Shown here: positions 48,442 to 58,890 of the stretch, piece after piece
Position numbering within the stretch: position 1 is the stretch's first letter
Layout of the letters: the number at the start of each line of letters is the position of its first letter
Source: Isosphaeraceae bacterium
Lineage (GTDB): Bacteria; Planctomycetota; Planctomycetia; Isosphaerales; Isosphaeraceae
Length of the DNA: 64,000 nucleotides
Direction: 5' to 3'
Assembly: GCA_965201075.1 (NCBI GenBank)
Contig: CBDAVP010000015.1
Location: 62,001 to 126,000, forward strand
Notes under the pieces: model-generated
Seen by the model: only the letters and a program-made list of their open reading frames with translations
Database searches by the model: none
Told to the model about the DNA's origin: nothing
Made by a program: the position numbers and the translations under genes

Positions 48442-49290
48442 ATGGCCCGTATCCGTCGCCATCGTCGAGACACGGTGCAAAGCCCTCTGGAGACGTACCT
48501 CCGTGAGATCAACGAGGTCCCTCTTCTCAAGGCCGACCAGGAGAAGTCGCTCGCGGTCACCATCGCCAACGGCAGCCCGTCGGAGCGTGACAAGGCCCGA
48601 GAGCACATGATCCGGGCAAACCTTCGCCTGGTCGTGAATATCGCCCGCAATTACGTGGGGAAGGGCCTCCATCTTCAAGACTTGATCGAGGAGGGGAACC
48701 TCGGCCTCTTGCGGGCGGTGGAGGGCTTTGACCCGACGATCGGCACTCGGTTCAGCACTTATGCAAGCTACTGGATCAAGCAGTCGATCAAGCGGGCGCT
48801 GGTGAATACCGCGAAGCCGATTCGCATTCCGGCGTACATGGTTGAGTTGCTTTGCAAGTGGCGGCGGGCCTCGGCGGAGTTGCAGGACAAGCATGGGCGT
48901 CCGGCGACCGTCGAGGAGATTGCCCGCGTCCTGGAACTGCCCAAGAAGAAGCTGGCGATCGTCAAGAAGGCGATCAAGGTTTACAACCTGGTTCCCCAGA
49001 CCGATCAGCCGGAAAATGGCTGGAGTCTGGGAGAGATGCTCATGGATGAGCGCACCAAGGCTCCCGACGTCGAGATGGTCGAGGCGGATAACCTTCGCCT
49101 GGTGATGCATCATCTGGACAACATGGACCGCCGAGAGGCCACGGTTTTGCGGATGCGGTTCGGCCTGAACGATGCGCCTCCGAAGACCTTGAAGGAAATT
49201 GGCGAATCGCTCGGCCTGACTCGGGAGCGGGTCCGCCAGATCGAGAATGAGGCGCTGGGCAAACTCTCGGCCACGTTCCTGGCGGACTGA
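48442..49290 (+). CDS. Group-2 (RpoS-like) sigma70 factor lacking region 1.1
   Basis: YLREI..PLL (region 1.2), NLRLVV.IA, DLIEEGNLGL, RFSTYA and TLKEIG...GLTRERVRQIE. Confidence 0.9.
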   Translation: MARIRRHRRDTVQSPLETYLREINEVPLLKADQEKSLAVTIANGSPSERDKAREHMIRANLRLVVNIARNYVGKGLHLQDLIEEGNLGLLRAVEGFDPTIGTRFSTYASYWIKQSIKRALVNTAKPIRIPAYMVELLCKWRRASAELQDKHGRPATVEEIARVLELPKKKLAIVKKAIKVYNLVPQTDQPENGWSLGEMLMDERTKAPDVEMVEADNLRLVMHHLDNMDRREATVLRMRFGLNDAPPKTLKEIGESLGLTRERVRQIENEALGKLSATFLAD

Positions 49291-49369
49291 GGGTGGAGTG
49301 AACGGGTTGGCGCCTTGTCGGGTATCCTGAGTCTCGCGCTGAAACGAGTCCGGGACCGGAAGGCCATCG

Positions 49370-51103
49370 ATGGATACTCCACGCATTGCCCGCATTCTCT
49401 CCGAGATGGGGACCTTGCTGGAGTTGAACGGTGAGAACCCGTTTCGTTGTCGGGCCTTCCACACCGCCGCGCAGGCCTTGAAGGGCCTGCCGGACGATCT
49501 TGTTGGCCTGATCGGCGATGGCACTCTTGGCGAAACCCCGGGTTTGGGCGAGGCCATGAAGGCCAAGGTCATCGCCCTGGCAACCACGGGCCGCCTCGAC
49601 GAGTACGACGCCCTGAGGGCCTCGACGCCCCCCGGCCTTGTTGCCCTTTTGAGGATTCCCGGCCTGGGCCCCAAGAAGATCATGGTCTTACGGGACTCGC
49701 TGGACATCCGCGGCCTGGATGACCTGCGGGCCGCGGTGGACTCTGGGCGAATCGCGTCGGTCAAGGGGTTCGGGGCCAAGTCCGCCCAGGTGATTCGCGA
49801 TGGCCTGGATTTCGTGGATTCGGTGGGGGATCGCGTTCTTCAGAGCACCGCCTGGAAGCTGATCACTCCCTTGATCGAGGCCGTACGGGCCCAGCCGGGA
49901 GTGCTTCAGGCCGAGGTTTGCGGAAGTCTTCGCCGTCGGGCCGAGACCATCGGCGACCTGGACATCCTGTTTGCCTCACTGGACCCGGCGACAGTGCTGG
50001 AGGCCTTCACCAAGCTCTCGGCTGTCGCAAAAGTCCTGGCCCACGGCGGCTCCAAGGCGAGCGTCCGCCTGCTTGATGGGGTCCAATGCGACTTGAGGGG
50101 TGTTCGGCCCGAGGAATTCCCGTTTGCCTTGCATTACTTCACGGGCTCGAAGGCCCACAATATCGCGATGCGCAAGCGGGCGATCGCTCGTGGCCTCAAG
50201 CTCAGTGAATACTCCCTGGAAGGGCCGAACGGGATGATCCCCTGCTCCTCCGAGGCGGAACTGTTCCAGGCCCTGGGATTGGCGGAGATTCCCCCCGAGC
50301 TTCGCGAGGATTTCGGCGAATTCGCGATCGCCGAGGCTGGGCCGATTCCCCGACTTCTCCTCCGATCCGACCTTGCCGGGACGTTTCACTGTCATACGGA
50401 CTGGAGCGATGGCGTCGCCACCTTGGAGGAAATGGCCGAGGCGGCGCGAAAGGCTGGCCTCCAGTACCTGGGCATCGCCGACCACTCCCGATCCGCCGGG
50501 TATGCGGGGGGTCTGAGCCCCGACCGGGTTCGCGCGCAGTGGGCCGCCATTGATGCCTTGAACCAGAACTATGGCAAGACCTTCCGCCTGTTCAAGGGGA
50601 CTGAGTGCGACATCCTGGCTGATGGCTCGCTCGACTTCTCCGACGACCTGCTGGCCGGTTTTGACTACGTTGTGGCCAGTGTCCACTCTCAGTTCAAGCT
50701 GGGACGCGAGGAGATGACCCAACGGATCATCGGCGCGGTCCGCAACCCGCACACGACGATGCTCGGCCACCCCTCGGGCCGCCTGCTTCTGAGCCGAGAC
50801 GCCTACGCGGTGGATCTGGACGCGGTGATCGCCGCCGCGGCCGATTCCGGCTGCATGATCGAGATCAACGCGGACCCGCATCGCCTGGACCTCGACGACG
50901 TCCATTGCCGTCGGGCGAAGGCCCTGGGAGTTCCCATCGTGATCAATCCCGACGCCCACTCCCCGGAGGGTTTGGCGAACCTCGATTACGGGGTGGGGGT
51001 GGCACGACGGGCCGGGCTCGGGCCGAGTGATATCGTTAATGCCGCGACTCTTGAGCAGGTCATGAACGCCCTGGCCGCTCGCCGCCAAAGTCGGCCTTCC
51101 TGA
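49370..51103 (+). CDS. polX: DNA polymerase X / PHP 3'-5' exonuclease
   Basis: GSLRR, GDLD and YFTGSKAHN. PHP motifs HCHT.WSDG, DHS and DAH. Confidence 0.95.
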   Translation: MDTPRIARILSEMGTLLELNGENPFRCRAFHTAAQALKGLPDDLVGLIGDGTLGETPGLGEAMKAKVIALATTGRLDEYDALRASTPPGLVALLRIPGLGPKKIMVLRDSLDIRGLDDLRAAVDSGRIASVKGFGAKSAQVIRDGLDFVDSVGDRVLQSTAWKLITPLIEAVRAQPGVLQAEVCGSLRRRAETIGDLDILFASLDPATVLEAFTKLSAVAKVLAHGGSKASVRLLDGVQCDLRGVRPEEFPFALHYFTGSKAHNIAMRKRAIARGLKLSEYSLEGPNGMIPCSSEAELFQALGLAEIPPELREDFGEFAIAEAGPIPRLLLRSDLAGTFHCHTDWSDGVATLEEMAEAARKAGLQYLGIADHSRSAGYAGGLSPDRVRAQWAAIDALNQNYGKTFRLFKGTECDILADGSLDFSDDLLAGFDYVVASVHSQFKLGREEMTQRIIGAVRNPHTTMLGHPSGRLLLSRDAYAVDLDAVIAAAADSGCMIEINADPHRLDLDDVHCRRAKALGVPIVINPDAHSPEGLANLDYGVGVARRAGLGPSDIVNAATLEQVMNALAARRQSRPS

Positions 51104-51334
51104 TCCACGCCCGCCAGGAATCTGGGCCGAGGCGGTGGAAGTCTCGCCCGGCACCGTCGCCACCGTCCGCTCTGTTCGTAATCGTCGCGCCCCAGGGTGG
51201 GCGGCGTCGGGTGTTGGGGATTGCTCGCCGGACAATCTCCGACCTCGCCGTGGCCGACTTCTGGAACATGTCGGACACTTGTGATATTGTCGATTGGGTT
51301 TGGAGATGGGGGATTGCCTTGTGAGGGTCGAACG

Positions 51335-53344
51335 ATGGGCGTCGCCGGATTTGTTGGGGTCGTGGCGCTGGTGAGCCTGGCGGGGTCGGGCGACCCGGCG
51401 GAGAAGGTGGCGGATTTCCGACTCCAGGATCATCGGGGGGCCTGGCACACGCTCGACGAGGACCGCGACCGGAAGGTTGTCGTGCTGGCCGTTCTCGGGA
51501 CCGAGTGCCCCCTCGCCGAGGCCTATGCCCCGCGACTGGCCCAGATCGCCCGGGATTATGCGGGGCGAGGCGTTAGTTTCCTCGGCGTCGATGCCAACGA
51601 GCAGGACGGGCCGGTGGCGATCGGCCATTTCGCCGAGAGGCATGGGCTGCCGTTCCCGATTCTCAAGGACGTTGGCAACGGTCTGGCCGACCGACTCGGG
51701 GCCGAGCGGACTCCCGAGGTTTTTGTCCTGGATCGGTCGCGAAGCATTGTCTACCGCGGACGGGTTGACGATCAGTATGCGATCGGCATCCACCGGCCCT
51801 CGCCTACCCGGCATGACCTGATCGAGGCCCTGGACGCCGTCCTGGCCGGTCGGCCGGTCGCGACGGCGAGGACGGAGGTGGTTGGCTGCAAGATCGGTCG
51901 GGCCTCGAAGCCGGACGAAGGGGGCGCCGTGACTTATGCGAAACAGATCGCGCGCATCCTCCAGTCCCACTGCGTCGCCTGCCACCGACCGGGCGAGATC
52001 GCCCCGTTTTCCCTGACTGACTACCGACAGGCGGCTGGGTGGTCGAGCATGATCGCCGAGGTTGTCGACGAGGGCCGGATGCCCCCGTGGCATGCCTCGC
52101 CCGATCACGGCAAGTTCGCCAACGACGCTCGGCTCTCGGACGTTGAGAAGCACGCGATTCGCGATTGGGTCGCCGCCGGATCGCCCGAGGGGGATGCGGC
52201 CGACCTGCCGGCGCCGCCCCAGTTCGTTGAGGGCTGGCGGATTCCGCGGCCCGACCTCGTCCTGGAAATGCCTCGCGAGGTTGAGATCCCGGCCGAGGGG
52301 TCGATGCCCTATGAGCTTGTCGAAATCGACCCGAAGTTGACGAGCGACGTGTGGGTTCGGGCGTCTCAGGTCCGACCGGGCAACCCGGCGGTCGTTCACC
52401 ACGTCGTCGCCTTTGTCCTGCCGCCCGGCGTCGAGAAGATCGACGAGGCTGGCGGCGACTTCCTCGCCGCCTATGCCCCTGGGATGCCGCCGCGCGTCTT
52501 GCCCGAGGGGGTGGCCAAACGCATTCCGGCCGGGTCGCGGATTGTCCTTCAACTCCACTACACGCCGAGGGGGACCCGGCAGGTGGATCGGAGCCGGATC
52601 GGGCTTGGCTTCGTTGATCCGTCGACCGTCCACAAGGAGTTGTTGTCGGGCATGGCGATCGACCCCCGCCTCCAGATCCCGCCCGGGGCGAGCGACTACG
52701 TTTCTCGGGCCGAGTTCCGGTTTTCGAGGCCCTCGACGCTTCTATCGCTCCTGCCGCACATGCATTTGCGGGGCAGGTCGATGCGGTTCGTCGCCGAGTT
52801 CCCGGACGGCCGCCGAGAGATTCTGCTGGACGTCCCCCGCTACGAATTCGACTGGCAAAACCTCTACGTCCTCGACCCGCCCCGGCCGATGCCCGAGGGG
52901 ACGATCCTGCACACCGAGGCCCATTTCGACAACTCGGCGGACAACCCGAACAATCCCGACCCCTCGCGCGCCGTGACCTTTGGCGAGCAGACGCGGGATG
53001 AGATGCACATCGGCTACCTGAACTTCCTCCTCGATGGCCAAAACCTCGCCCTGGGCCCACCCGCCTCGAAGCGACGGGCGGACGGCCGTTACGACGTTAC
53101 CTTTCGCCACCACCCTGAGGGATCGCCCAGGTCGGTCGCCCTGGTGGGCACGTTCACTGACTGGAAGGGACGGCCCCTGTCGATGAACGGCCCCGACTCC
53201 CAGGGGGTCTACTCGACGACGGCGATCCTCGGCCCAGGCCCTCACGAGTACAAGTTCCTCATTGATGGACAAGACTTCCGCCAGGACCCGGGCAACCCCG
53301 ACTCGGTCGGCTTCTTCCATAACAGCCTGATCCGGTTGCCCTGA
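51335..53344 (+). CDS. Redoxin + heme c + copper type-II monooxygenase-like + CBM48-like fusion protein
   Basis: ECPLA...TPEVF...YRGRVDD; CVACH; VVHH, LHY, PHMH and DEM; C-terminal V.LVGTFTDW...G.HEYKFLIDG...DP.NP. Confidence 0.8.
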   Translation: MGVAGFVGVVALVSLAGSGDPAEKVADFRLQDHRGAWHTLDEDRDRKVVVLAVLGTECPLAEAYAPRLAQIARDYAGRGVSFLGVDANEQDGPVAIGHFAERHGLPFPILKDVGNGLADRLGAERTPEVFVLDRSRSIVYRGRVDDQYAIGIHRPSPTRHDLIEALDAVLAGRPVATARTEVVGCKIGRASKPDEGGAVTYAKQIARILQSHCVACHRPGEIAPFSLTDYRQAAGWSSMIAEVVDEGRMPPWHASPDHGKFANDARLSDVEKHAIRDWVAAGSPEGDAADLPAPPQFVEGWRIPRPDLVLEMPREVEIPAEGSMPYELVEIDPKLTSDVWVRASQVRPGNPAVVHHVVAFVLPPGVEKIDEAGGDFLAAYAPGMPPRVLPEGVAKRIPAGSRIVLQLHYTPRGTRQVDRSRIGLGFVDPSTVHKELLSGMAIDPRLQIPPGASDYVSRAEFRFSRPSTLLSLLPHMHLRGRSMRFVAEFPDGRREILLDVPRYEFDWQNLYVLDPPRPMPEGTILHTEAHFDNSADNPNNPDPSRAVTFGEQTRDEMHIGYLNFLLDGQNLALGPPASKRRADGRYDVTFRHHPEGSPRSVALVGTFTDWKGRPLSMNGPDSQGVYSTTAILGPGPHEYKFLIDGQDFRQDPGNPDSVGFFHNSLIRLP

Positions 53345-53358
53345 GGGGGTTGGGGGAA

Positions 53359-54903
53359 TCAGTCGTGCCGCAGCGCCGTGACCGGATCGACCCGGCCGGC
53401 GCGGCGGGCCGGGAGGAGCGCCGCGAGGGTTGTTACCACGACGGTAAACCCGATGACCGTGGCTCCAATCCGCCAGGGGAAGGCGAAAATCGAGCCTTCG
53501 AGGAAGATTTTCATATCGCGGTGGACCATTGAGTGGACCCAGGCGTCGGCGGGGAACGAACTCGACCAGGCCAGGAACAATCCGAGGCAGCCGCCGGTCA
53601 GGCCGATCAGGCTCCCTTCGATGACGAACACGGCCTGAAGCTGCCAAGTCGCCGCGCCCACGGCCTTCATGATGCCGATCTCTCGGCGTCGCTCCAGGAC
53701 ACTCATCAGCATCGTGTTGGCGATTCCCAGCGACGCGACCAGCAGCGCCACCCCGGCCACGCACGTCATCCCGCCGAAGACCAGCAGGTACGTCAGCCGC
53801 TCTCGCTCGACGAAGTCGACGGCCGACCGGCTCCGGAGGCCCAGCGCATCGACCGCCTCGACGACCGCCTTGACGTTCCTCATGTCGTCGACGAAAAGGA
53901 CCGCCTGCGCGATGCCCTGCTCGCGACGGGCGGGGTCTCGGGAGATCAAGTCGACCGCCGCTCGCCGGGGCAGGACGAGGTCCGAATCGGCCGGGAATCG
54001 GCTCCAGGGGGCCTTCCTCTCGTCGTCGGTCAGCTCCCGAAAGATCCCAACGACCCGGAAGTCCTGGGCGACGACCGGCGGGTCGACGTTGGCCGAGGCG
54101 GGGCGGATCGCCCCCCGCAAGGTCGCGACTTCCTCGGGGGTCAGGCTGAGCCTGTCCAACGCCCCCGGGACCTGCCAGGCGAGTTGTCGCAGGGCCGCTT
54201 GCTCGTCCCGGTGGTTGTCGGTTTTCGAAGGTTCGGCCAGCGAGACGAGGAATCTCGGCCCGTCGGCCGGGCTCCGGAGCTCGACCCGCAGAGGCTTGCC
54301 CAGCACTTGATCCAGGTCCGCGTCGTCGACCAGGCCGATCCGGTGGGCGAACATCTCGGACAGTAGGACCGATCGCTCGTCCTCCGAGTCGAACGCCCGG
54401 CCGACCACGACCCGCTTGCGAAACTCGGGGTCCTCGCCGGCTCCCGACGAGACGCTCGCCCCCTCGGGCCGGTTGCCGAGGGTCGCGACGACCCCGTCGC
54501 CGACGACCGGGATCATCCGCCCGACGTGGGGGATTCGCGAGAGGCTTTCCAGCCGTTCCGGGGTCAGACTGACCGGCTCGCGGCCGGAGTCACGGTGGGC
54601 GGCCTGCTCGGCGAGGATTTTACGGATTCGCTCGCGGCGATCCGGTGCCATCCGCCCGGCAACCTTCACGTCCTCGGCCGCCTTGTCTCCGGTCGTCCGC
54701 CAATGGGGGGAGACCGTCACTTTCCGCGCGACGTCGCCCCGGCTCGCCTCGCGGTCGATGGTCCGCTGAACCCCCTCGTCGATCGACAGGCTCGCGGCGA
54801 GCACGAAGGCGCCGAAGACGACGCCCAGGGTCGTCAGGCAGGTTCGCATCTTCTGCTGGCCGAGGGAGGCCAGGGGTAGCCACAACAGGTCGATCCACCG
54901 CAA
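53359..54903 (-). CDS. MacB/FtsX-type ABC permease
   Basis: LGIANTMLMSVLERRREIGIMKAVGA and DPVTALRHD. TTG start inferred. Confidence 0.88.
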   Translation of the reverse strand: MRWIDLLWLPLASLGQQKMRTCLTTLGVVFGAFVLAASLSIDEGVQRTIDREASRGDVARKVTVSPHWRTTGDKAAEDVKVAGRMAPDRRERIRKILAEQAAHRDSGREPVSLTPERLESLSRIPHVGRMIPVVGDGVVATLGNRPEGASVSSGAGEDPEFRKRVVVGRAFDSEDERSVLLSEMFAHRIGLVDDADLDQVLGKPLRVELRSPADGPRFLVSLAEPSKTDNHRDEQAALRQLAWQVPGALDRLSLTPEEVATLRGAIRPASANVDPPVVAQDFRVVGIFRELTDDERKAPWSRFPADSDLVLPRRAAVDLISRDPARREQGIAQAVLFVDDMRNVKAVVEAVDALGLRSRSAVDFVERERLTYLLVFGGMTCVAGVALLVASLGIANTMLMSVLERRREIGIMKAVGAATWQLQAVFVIEGSLIGLTGGCLGLFLAWSSSFPADAWVHSMVHRDMKIFLEGSIFAFPWRIGATVIGFTVVVTTLAALLPARRAGRVDPVTALRHD

Positions 54904-54928
54904 CGGGCGAGTCTCCGATTGGTCCCAA

Positions 54929-55639
54929 TCAAGGACCCACGGCCGTGATCTGGCCGTCGACCAGCCGGACGATCCGGTCGGTGCGACTCGCGGCGAGCTC
55001 TTCGTCGTGGGTGACGAGGACAAGGGTCGCGGCGTGCTGGCGGACGTAGTCGAGGATCAGGTCCATGACTTGCCGGGCCGTCTGGGTGTCGAGATTCCCC
55101 GTCGGCTCATCGGCCAGGATGATCCGGGGCTGGTTGACCAACGCCCGGGCCACGGCGACCCGCTGGCTCTCGCCGCCGCTCAACTGGTTCGGCCGGTGGT
55201 CCAGCCTCGCCCCGAGCCCGACGGCCTCCAACGCGCCCCGGGCGGCGGCCCGCCGGTCTCGCTGCGAACGACCAGCGAAGATCATCGGCAACTCGACGTT
55301 CTCGACGGCCGTCCTCGAACTGATCAGGTTGAACGACTGGAAGATGATCCCGACGGTCGCTGACCGGAACCGGGCCATCTCGCGCCCCGAGAGCTGGTCG
55401 AGGTCTCGCCCGCCGACCCGCAACCGGCCCGTGCTGGGACGGTCGAGCCCGCCCAGGAGGTTCAACAGCGTCGACTTCCCCGACCCCGACCGGCCCAGCA
55501 AGGCCACTCGCTCGCCGACCGCCACCTCGATCGAGATCCCCCGCAAGGCCTCGACCAGGGCGTTCCTCGCGCCATACACCTTCCTCACCTCGACCGCCCG
55601 GATCGCCGCCTGATGCCCAGTCTCTCGCTGTGATCCCAT
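54929..55639 (-). CDS. LolD/MacB-type ABC ATP-binding protein
   Basis: GRSGSGKST, LSGGESQR and [10 protein letters not shown]. Confidence 0.93.
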   Translation of the reverse strand: MGSQRETGHQAAIRAVEVRKVYGARNALVEALRGISIEVAVGERVALLGRSGSGKSTLLNLLGGLDRPSTGRLRVGGRDLDQLSGREMARFRSATVGIIFQSFNLISSRTAVENVELPMIFAGRSQRDRRAAARGALEAVGLGARLDHRPNQLSGGESQRVAVARALVNQPRIILADEPTGNLDTQTARQVMDLILDYVRQHAATLVLVTHDEELAASRTDRIVRLVDGQITAVGP

Positions 55640-56112
55640 CGCGATCTTATCCCGCCCCAACCCCCGTCCGACACCCGTCAACGGCCGATCATCCTATCAG
55701 GTCCAGCGCGCACCGCCAGGTCCGAGCGATCCTTCAGCGGCACCCGGGGCGCTGGCGGGGCTTTAGGCTTTCCCCACGGCCCGGGTCTCTCAACCCTGCT
55801 GGAAAGATCGGATCCGAGTCAGGCCGTCAGGGTTGACCATGCAAGCCATGAATTTCCGCGCGAAGGTTGTCTTGGTCGGGCGGGCGTTTCCGCGGGGACA
55901 TGGCAGGTTGAGGTGGCTGGGGTTCGGTCTTCGAGGCCGAGACACCCGAGCCGGGTGGGGGATGCGAGGCATGGGGCGAACGCCCCTCCATGATCGGGAA
56001 GGCTGTCCGGTCCATGAGTGGAGCGGGCAGGTTAGTCCAATCGCGAGGGGATTCGGCCGCGTCGACTACCGTCGTAGGCGACACTCAAGGTGGGTTCGTC
56101 AATCGGGTTAGG

Positions 56113-56192
<80 letters not shown>

Positions 56193-56220
56193 AACTGTCC
56201 TCAACGAAAACCGCTGGTTG

Positions 56221-56249
56221 ACTATGAGGAAATTTTCGTGGCTTGTCAA
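56221..56249 (-). promoter_or_regulatory. sigma70 promoter of tRNA-Pro
   Basis: TTGACA-17 nt-CATAGT, about 30 nt upstream of the tRNA. Confidence 0.75.
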
Positions 56250-56453
56250 GGTAAAGCTAAGTCGTCTCCCTCCCACCCATTCCATCCCGATTTCCCTGAA
56301 AAAAGACCGTTCGAAACTCTCTTGGAAGTGCGTGATGATATTCCGTGAACGCTCTTTAGCATTAATGTCACTAATATCAAGGAGATCTCACACAAGTCTT
56401 CTGGATGATCCAGGTTATGGCGCGACTTGACGAAACGTCTTGGTGCGCGGGCT

Positions 56454-56876
56454 TCAGTGGGTCGACGCCAAACCCGATCGCGGAGGGGTGACGCCTCGGG
56501 GAGTGTCGCCGGGGCCGAAGAGGTCGAAGTCGATCGTGTTGGTGCCGTGATTGAGGTCGGTAAACCGCCTGAGGAGTGAGACATTGGGGTGTTTCTTCAG
56601 GAATGGTCCCTCGAACCGCACCTCGTTACCGCCGATGAGGGTTTCCAGCGAATATGAGCCGTCGGGGCCGATGGACGCGGTGGCGGTGGGGGCTTTTCGC
56701 TCGGCGTTGCTGGGGTTGAAGAAAATTTTGCCGCTGGTGACGGGTTTGCCCTCGGCGTGAACGATGCCGCTGACGGTGGCGGGGGTCGTTCCGGTATCGA
56801 CCCTGGGACGTCCCGCGTCGCAGCCCATCAGGAGCAGGGCGATCGATAGCCCGAGGGTCGCGGTCTGGGTGTTCAT
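56454..56876 (-). CDS. DUF1559-associated lipoprotein (carboxypeptidase-regulatory-like fold)
   Basis: Lipobox LMGC and VSG.V...GKP...G.I.F.P...A.IGPDGSY. Downstream of DUF1559. Confidence 0.8.
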   Translation of the reverse strand: MNTQTATLGLSIALLLMGCDAGRPRVDTGTTPATVSGIVHAEGKPVTSGKIFFNPSNAERKAPTATASIGPDGSYSLETLIGGNEVRFEGPFLKKHPNVSLLRRFTDLNHGTNTIDFDLFGPGDTPRGVTPPRSGLASTH

Positions 56877-56962
56877 GAGGCGTGGGCCTTGTCCGTTAAG
56901 GGACGGACCCCGCCGGCCCGTTGAGTCGCGAACTCCCTGGGCCGACGGAGTTTGGGGTGGGT

Positions 56963-58015
56963 TCAATACTGGTCGGCCGAGACCACTTCGTTGTTGGCGC
57001 GGGAGCCGATCGCCCACCAGACTTCCTTGGCGATGCTGGACTTGATGGTCCGGACCGATCCGTCGAGGAACAGGGTATTGACGATTCCCGGGTGGCGGCT
57101 GCTGGCGACGTGGGACATTTCGATGTTGCCGCCGGAGTCGCGGCATCCCCAGGTGTTGGGAGTCATGACGTGGCAATACCGGGTGTCGGGGGCCAGGCCG
57201 GCCGACCAGCTCGCCCCCGACATGTCGTTGTCGATCGACCAGGCCATGTCATTACCACTGGCGTCGGGGGTGGGCGGGCTGGCCATGCAGAGGCTGTACC
57301 AAGGTTGGGGCGATCGTTCCTGACCTTGGGGGGGGCTGGTGATGCCCGAGATCGAGGCAGTGGGCTTGAGAACATCGAAAGGGCCGGTGGCGCCGTTCCA
57401 GTTGCCGATGCCGGAGACCCGCTCACTGAAGGAGGCGGTGCCACTGAGGCCGTCGAGGATGTCCTTGAATCGGACGCAGGTGCCGTGCTGTCCGTTGTCG
57501 GTTCCGGTGAAGATGAACGGTCCCGACATCGGGCTGGTGGCGCCATCGCTGCCGTCGGCGATCCCGCCGTAGAACGTGTTCGGGGCCGAGCCGGCATTGG
57601 CCATGTAGTTGTTGGGGCCGTAAGGACTGGTCAGGCGGCTCAGGTCCGATGGGCAAAGAAAGCCCGAGAGGGTCGTGTACTCGGCTGTCGAGTTGGTGAT
57701 GCCATCATGCATCAACCCGTAGCCGAAGTTGAGGGCGTTGAAGACGGCTCGTTGCTCAAGATAAGGGGTGAGGAGGGACAGCGACGACCATTCCGACGAC
57801 CAGGGTCCATCGCCCCAGGGGATCGCCTGGGTGGCTGACTCGTAGTTGGCGATGGCCAGGCCAATCTGTTTCAGGTTATTGGTGCACTGGGCCCGCCGAG
57901 CGGCCTCGCGAGCCGCCTGAACCGCCGGGAGGAGTAGACCGATCAACACGCCGATGATGGCGATGACTACTAGCAACTCGATCAGGGTGAATCCCCGGAG
58001 GGTGCGCTTTCGCAT
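56963..58015 (-). CDS. DUF1559 prepilin-type N-terminal / H-X9-DG protein
   Basis: [44 protein letters not shown] and [16 protein letters not shown]. Confidence 0.96.
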   Translation of the reverse strand: MRKRTLRGFTLIELLVVIAIIGVLIGLLLPAVQAAREAARRAQCTNNLKQIGLAIANYESATQAIPWGDGPWSSEWSSLSLLTPYLEQRAVFNALNFGYGLMHDGITNSTAEYTTLSGFLCPSDLSRLTSPYGPNNYMANAGSAPNTFYGGIADGSDGATSPMSGPFIFTGTDNGQHGTCVRFKDILDGLSGTASFSERVSGIGNWNGATGPFDVLKPTASISGITSPPQGQERSPQPWYSLCMASPPTPDASGNDMAWSIDNDMSGASWSAGLAPDTRYCHVMTPNTWGCRDSGGNIEMSHVASSRHPGIVNTLFLDGSVRTIKSSIAKEVWWAIGSRANNEVVSADQY

Positions 58016-58356
58016 GATGATGGCCTCTCGACGTGAGTGGGGATGTGGCGTACTTCTGGCCAGTAGGTGGGCAAGACCCCAGGAATTGCTCTAGGACGAG
58101 TGTCCCGAGGTCTCGGCTGCGATCGGCCCAGGAGCTGGGCCAAAGAAGGGACTCGCATGGTATCCGCCGGGATGGTGAGGGTGTCATCCAAAATTTTGGA
58201 GGAGGGACGCGGCCCATCTTCGGATCAAGGAAATTCTGGGCCCGAGGGTGACAAAGGGGCTATCCTGGCGGAAAGATACAGGATATCCCCGCCTGGCCGT
58301 TGGCTATCAAGCAGGGCGTTCCGTCGCCCCACTCGATTCAGGAGTACGCAAGGCCG

Positions 58357-58890
58357 ATGGGTGAGCCTGACCTTGATCGGGAACGAGAGTTCGCCGACCG
58401 GCTTGGCGGGTATCAGACGCAGCTTTTCGGCTACATCTACTCACTCGTGCGGAACCTTGACGATGCTGACGATCTGTTCCAGCAGGTCAGTCTGGTTCTC
58501 TGGGACAAGTTCGATCGTTACGAACGGGGTCGCAATTTTCTCTCCTGGGCTTGTGGCGTGGCCCGGTATGAGGTGCTGAACTTCCTTCGCCACCGGAGCC
58601 GCCACCGCCTATATTTCAGCGACACGTTGGCCCTGTTGCTCATTGAGGCCCACGAGGATCAAGACCGGGGCTCTGTGGAAAGTCGGCGGCAGGCGCTGGG
58701 GGAGTGCCTCAAGAAGCTCAATCCCAAGGATGGCCGACTCCTCGATGAGTGTTACGCCGACGCCACCCGCATCACCGAGGTCGCACGGAATCATGGCCGC
58801 TCGAGCCAGAGCATCCACAACTCCTTGAGACGAATCCGCCACTCTCTCTTTGTTTGCGTGAAACTTTCCCTGCCTGACGAGGATTTATGA
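58357..58890 (+). CDS. ECF sigma factor (planctomycete type)
   Basis: DADDLFQQV..LW.KF..Y, FLSWACGVARYEV and LRRIR..L..C. Confidence 0.9.
   Translation: MGEPDLDREREFADRLGGYQTQLFGYIYSLVRNLDDADDLFQQVSLVLWDKFDRYERGRNFLSWACGVARYEVLNFLRHRSRHRLYFSDTLALLLIEAHEDQDRGSVESRRQALGECLKKLNPKDGRLLDECYADATRITEVARNHGRSSQSIHNSLRRIRHSLFVCVKLSLPDEDL

Noticed and set aside
55827..56111. Small ORFs downstream of tRNA-Pro, or an integrated element there
   Set aside because: Low-complexity translations, no integrase and no att duplication seen.
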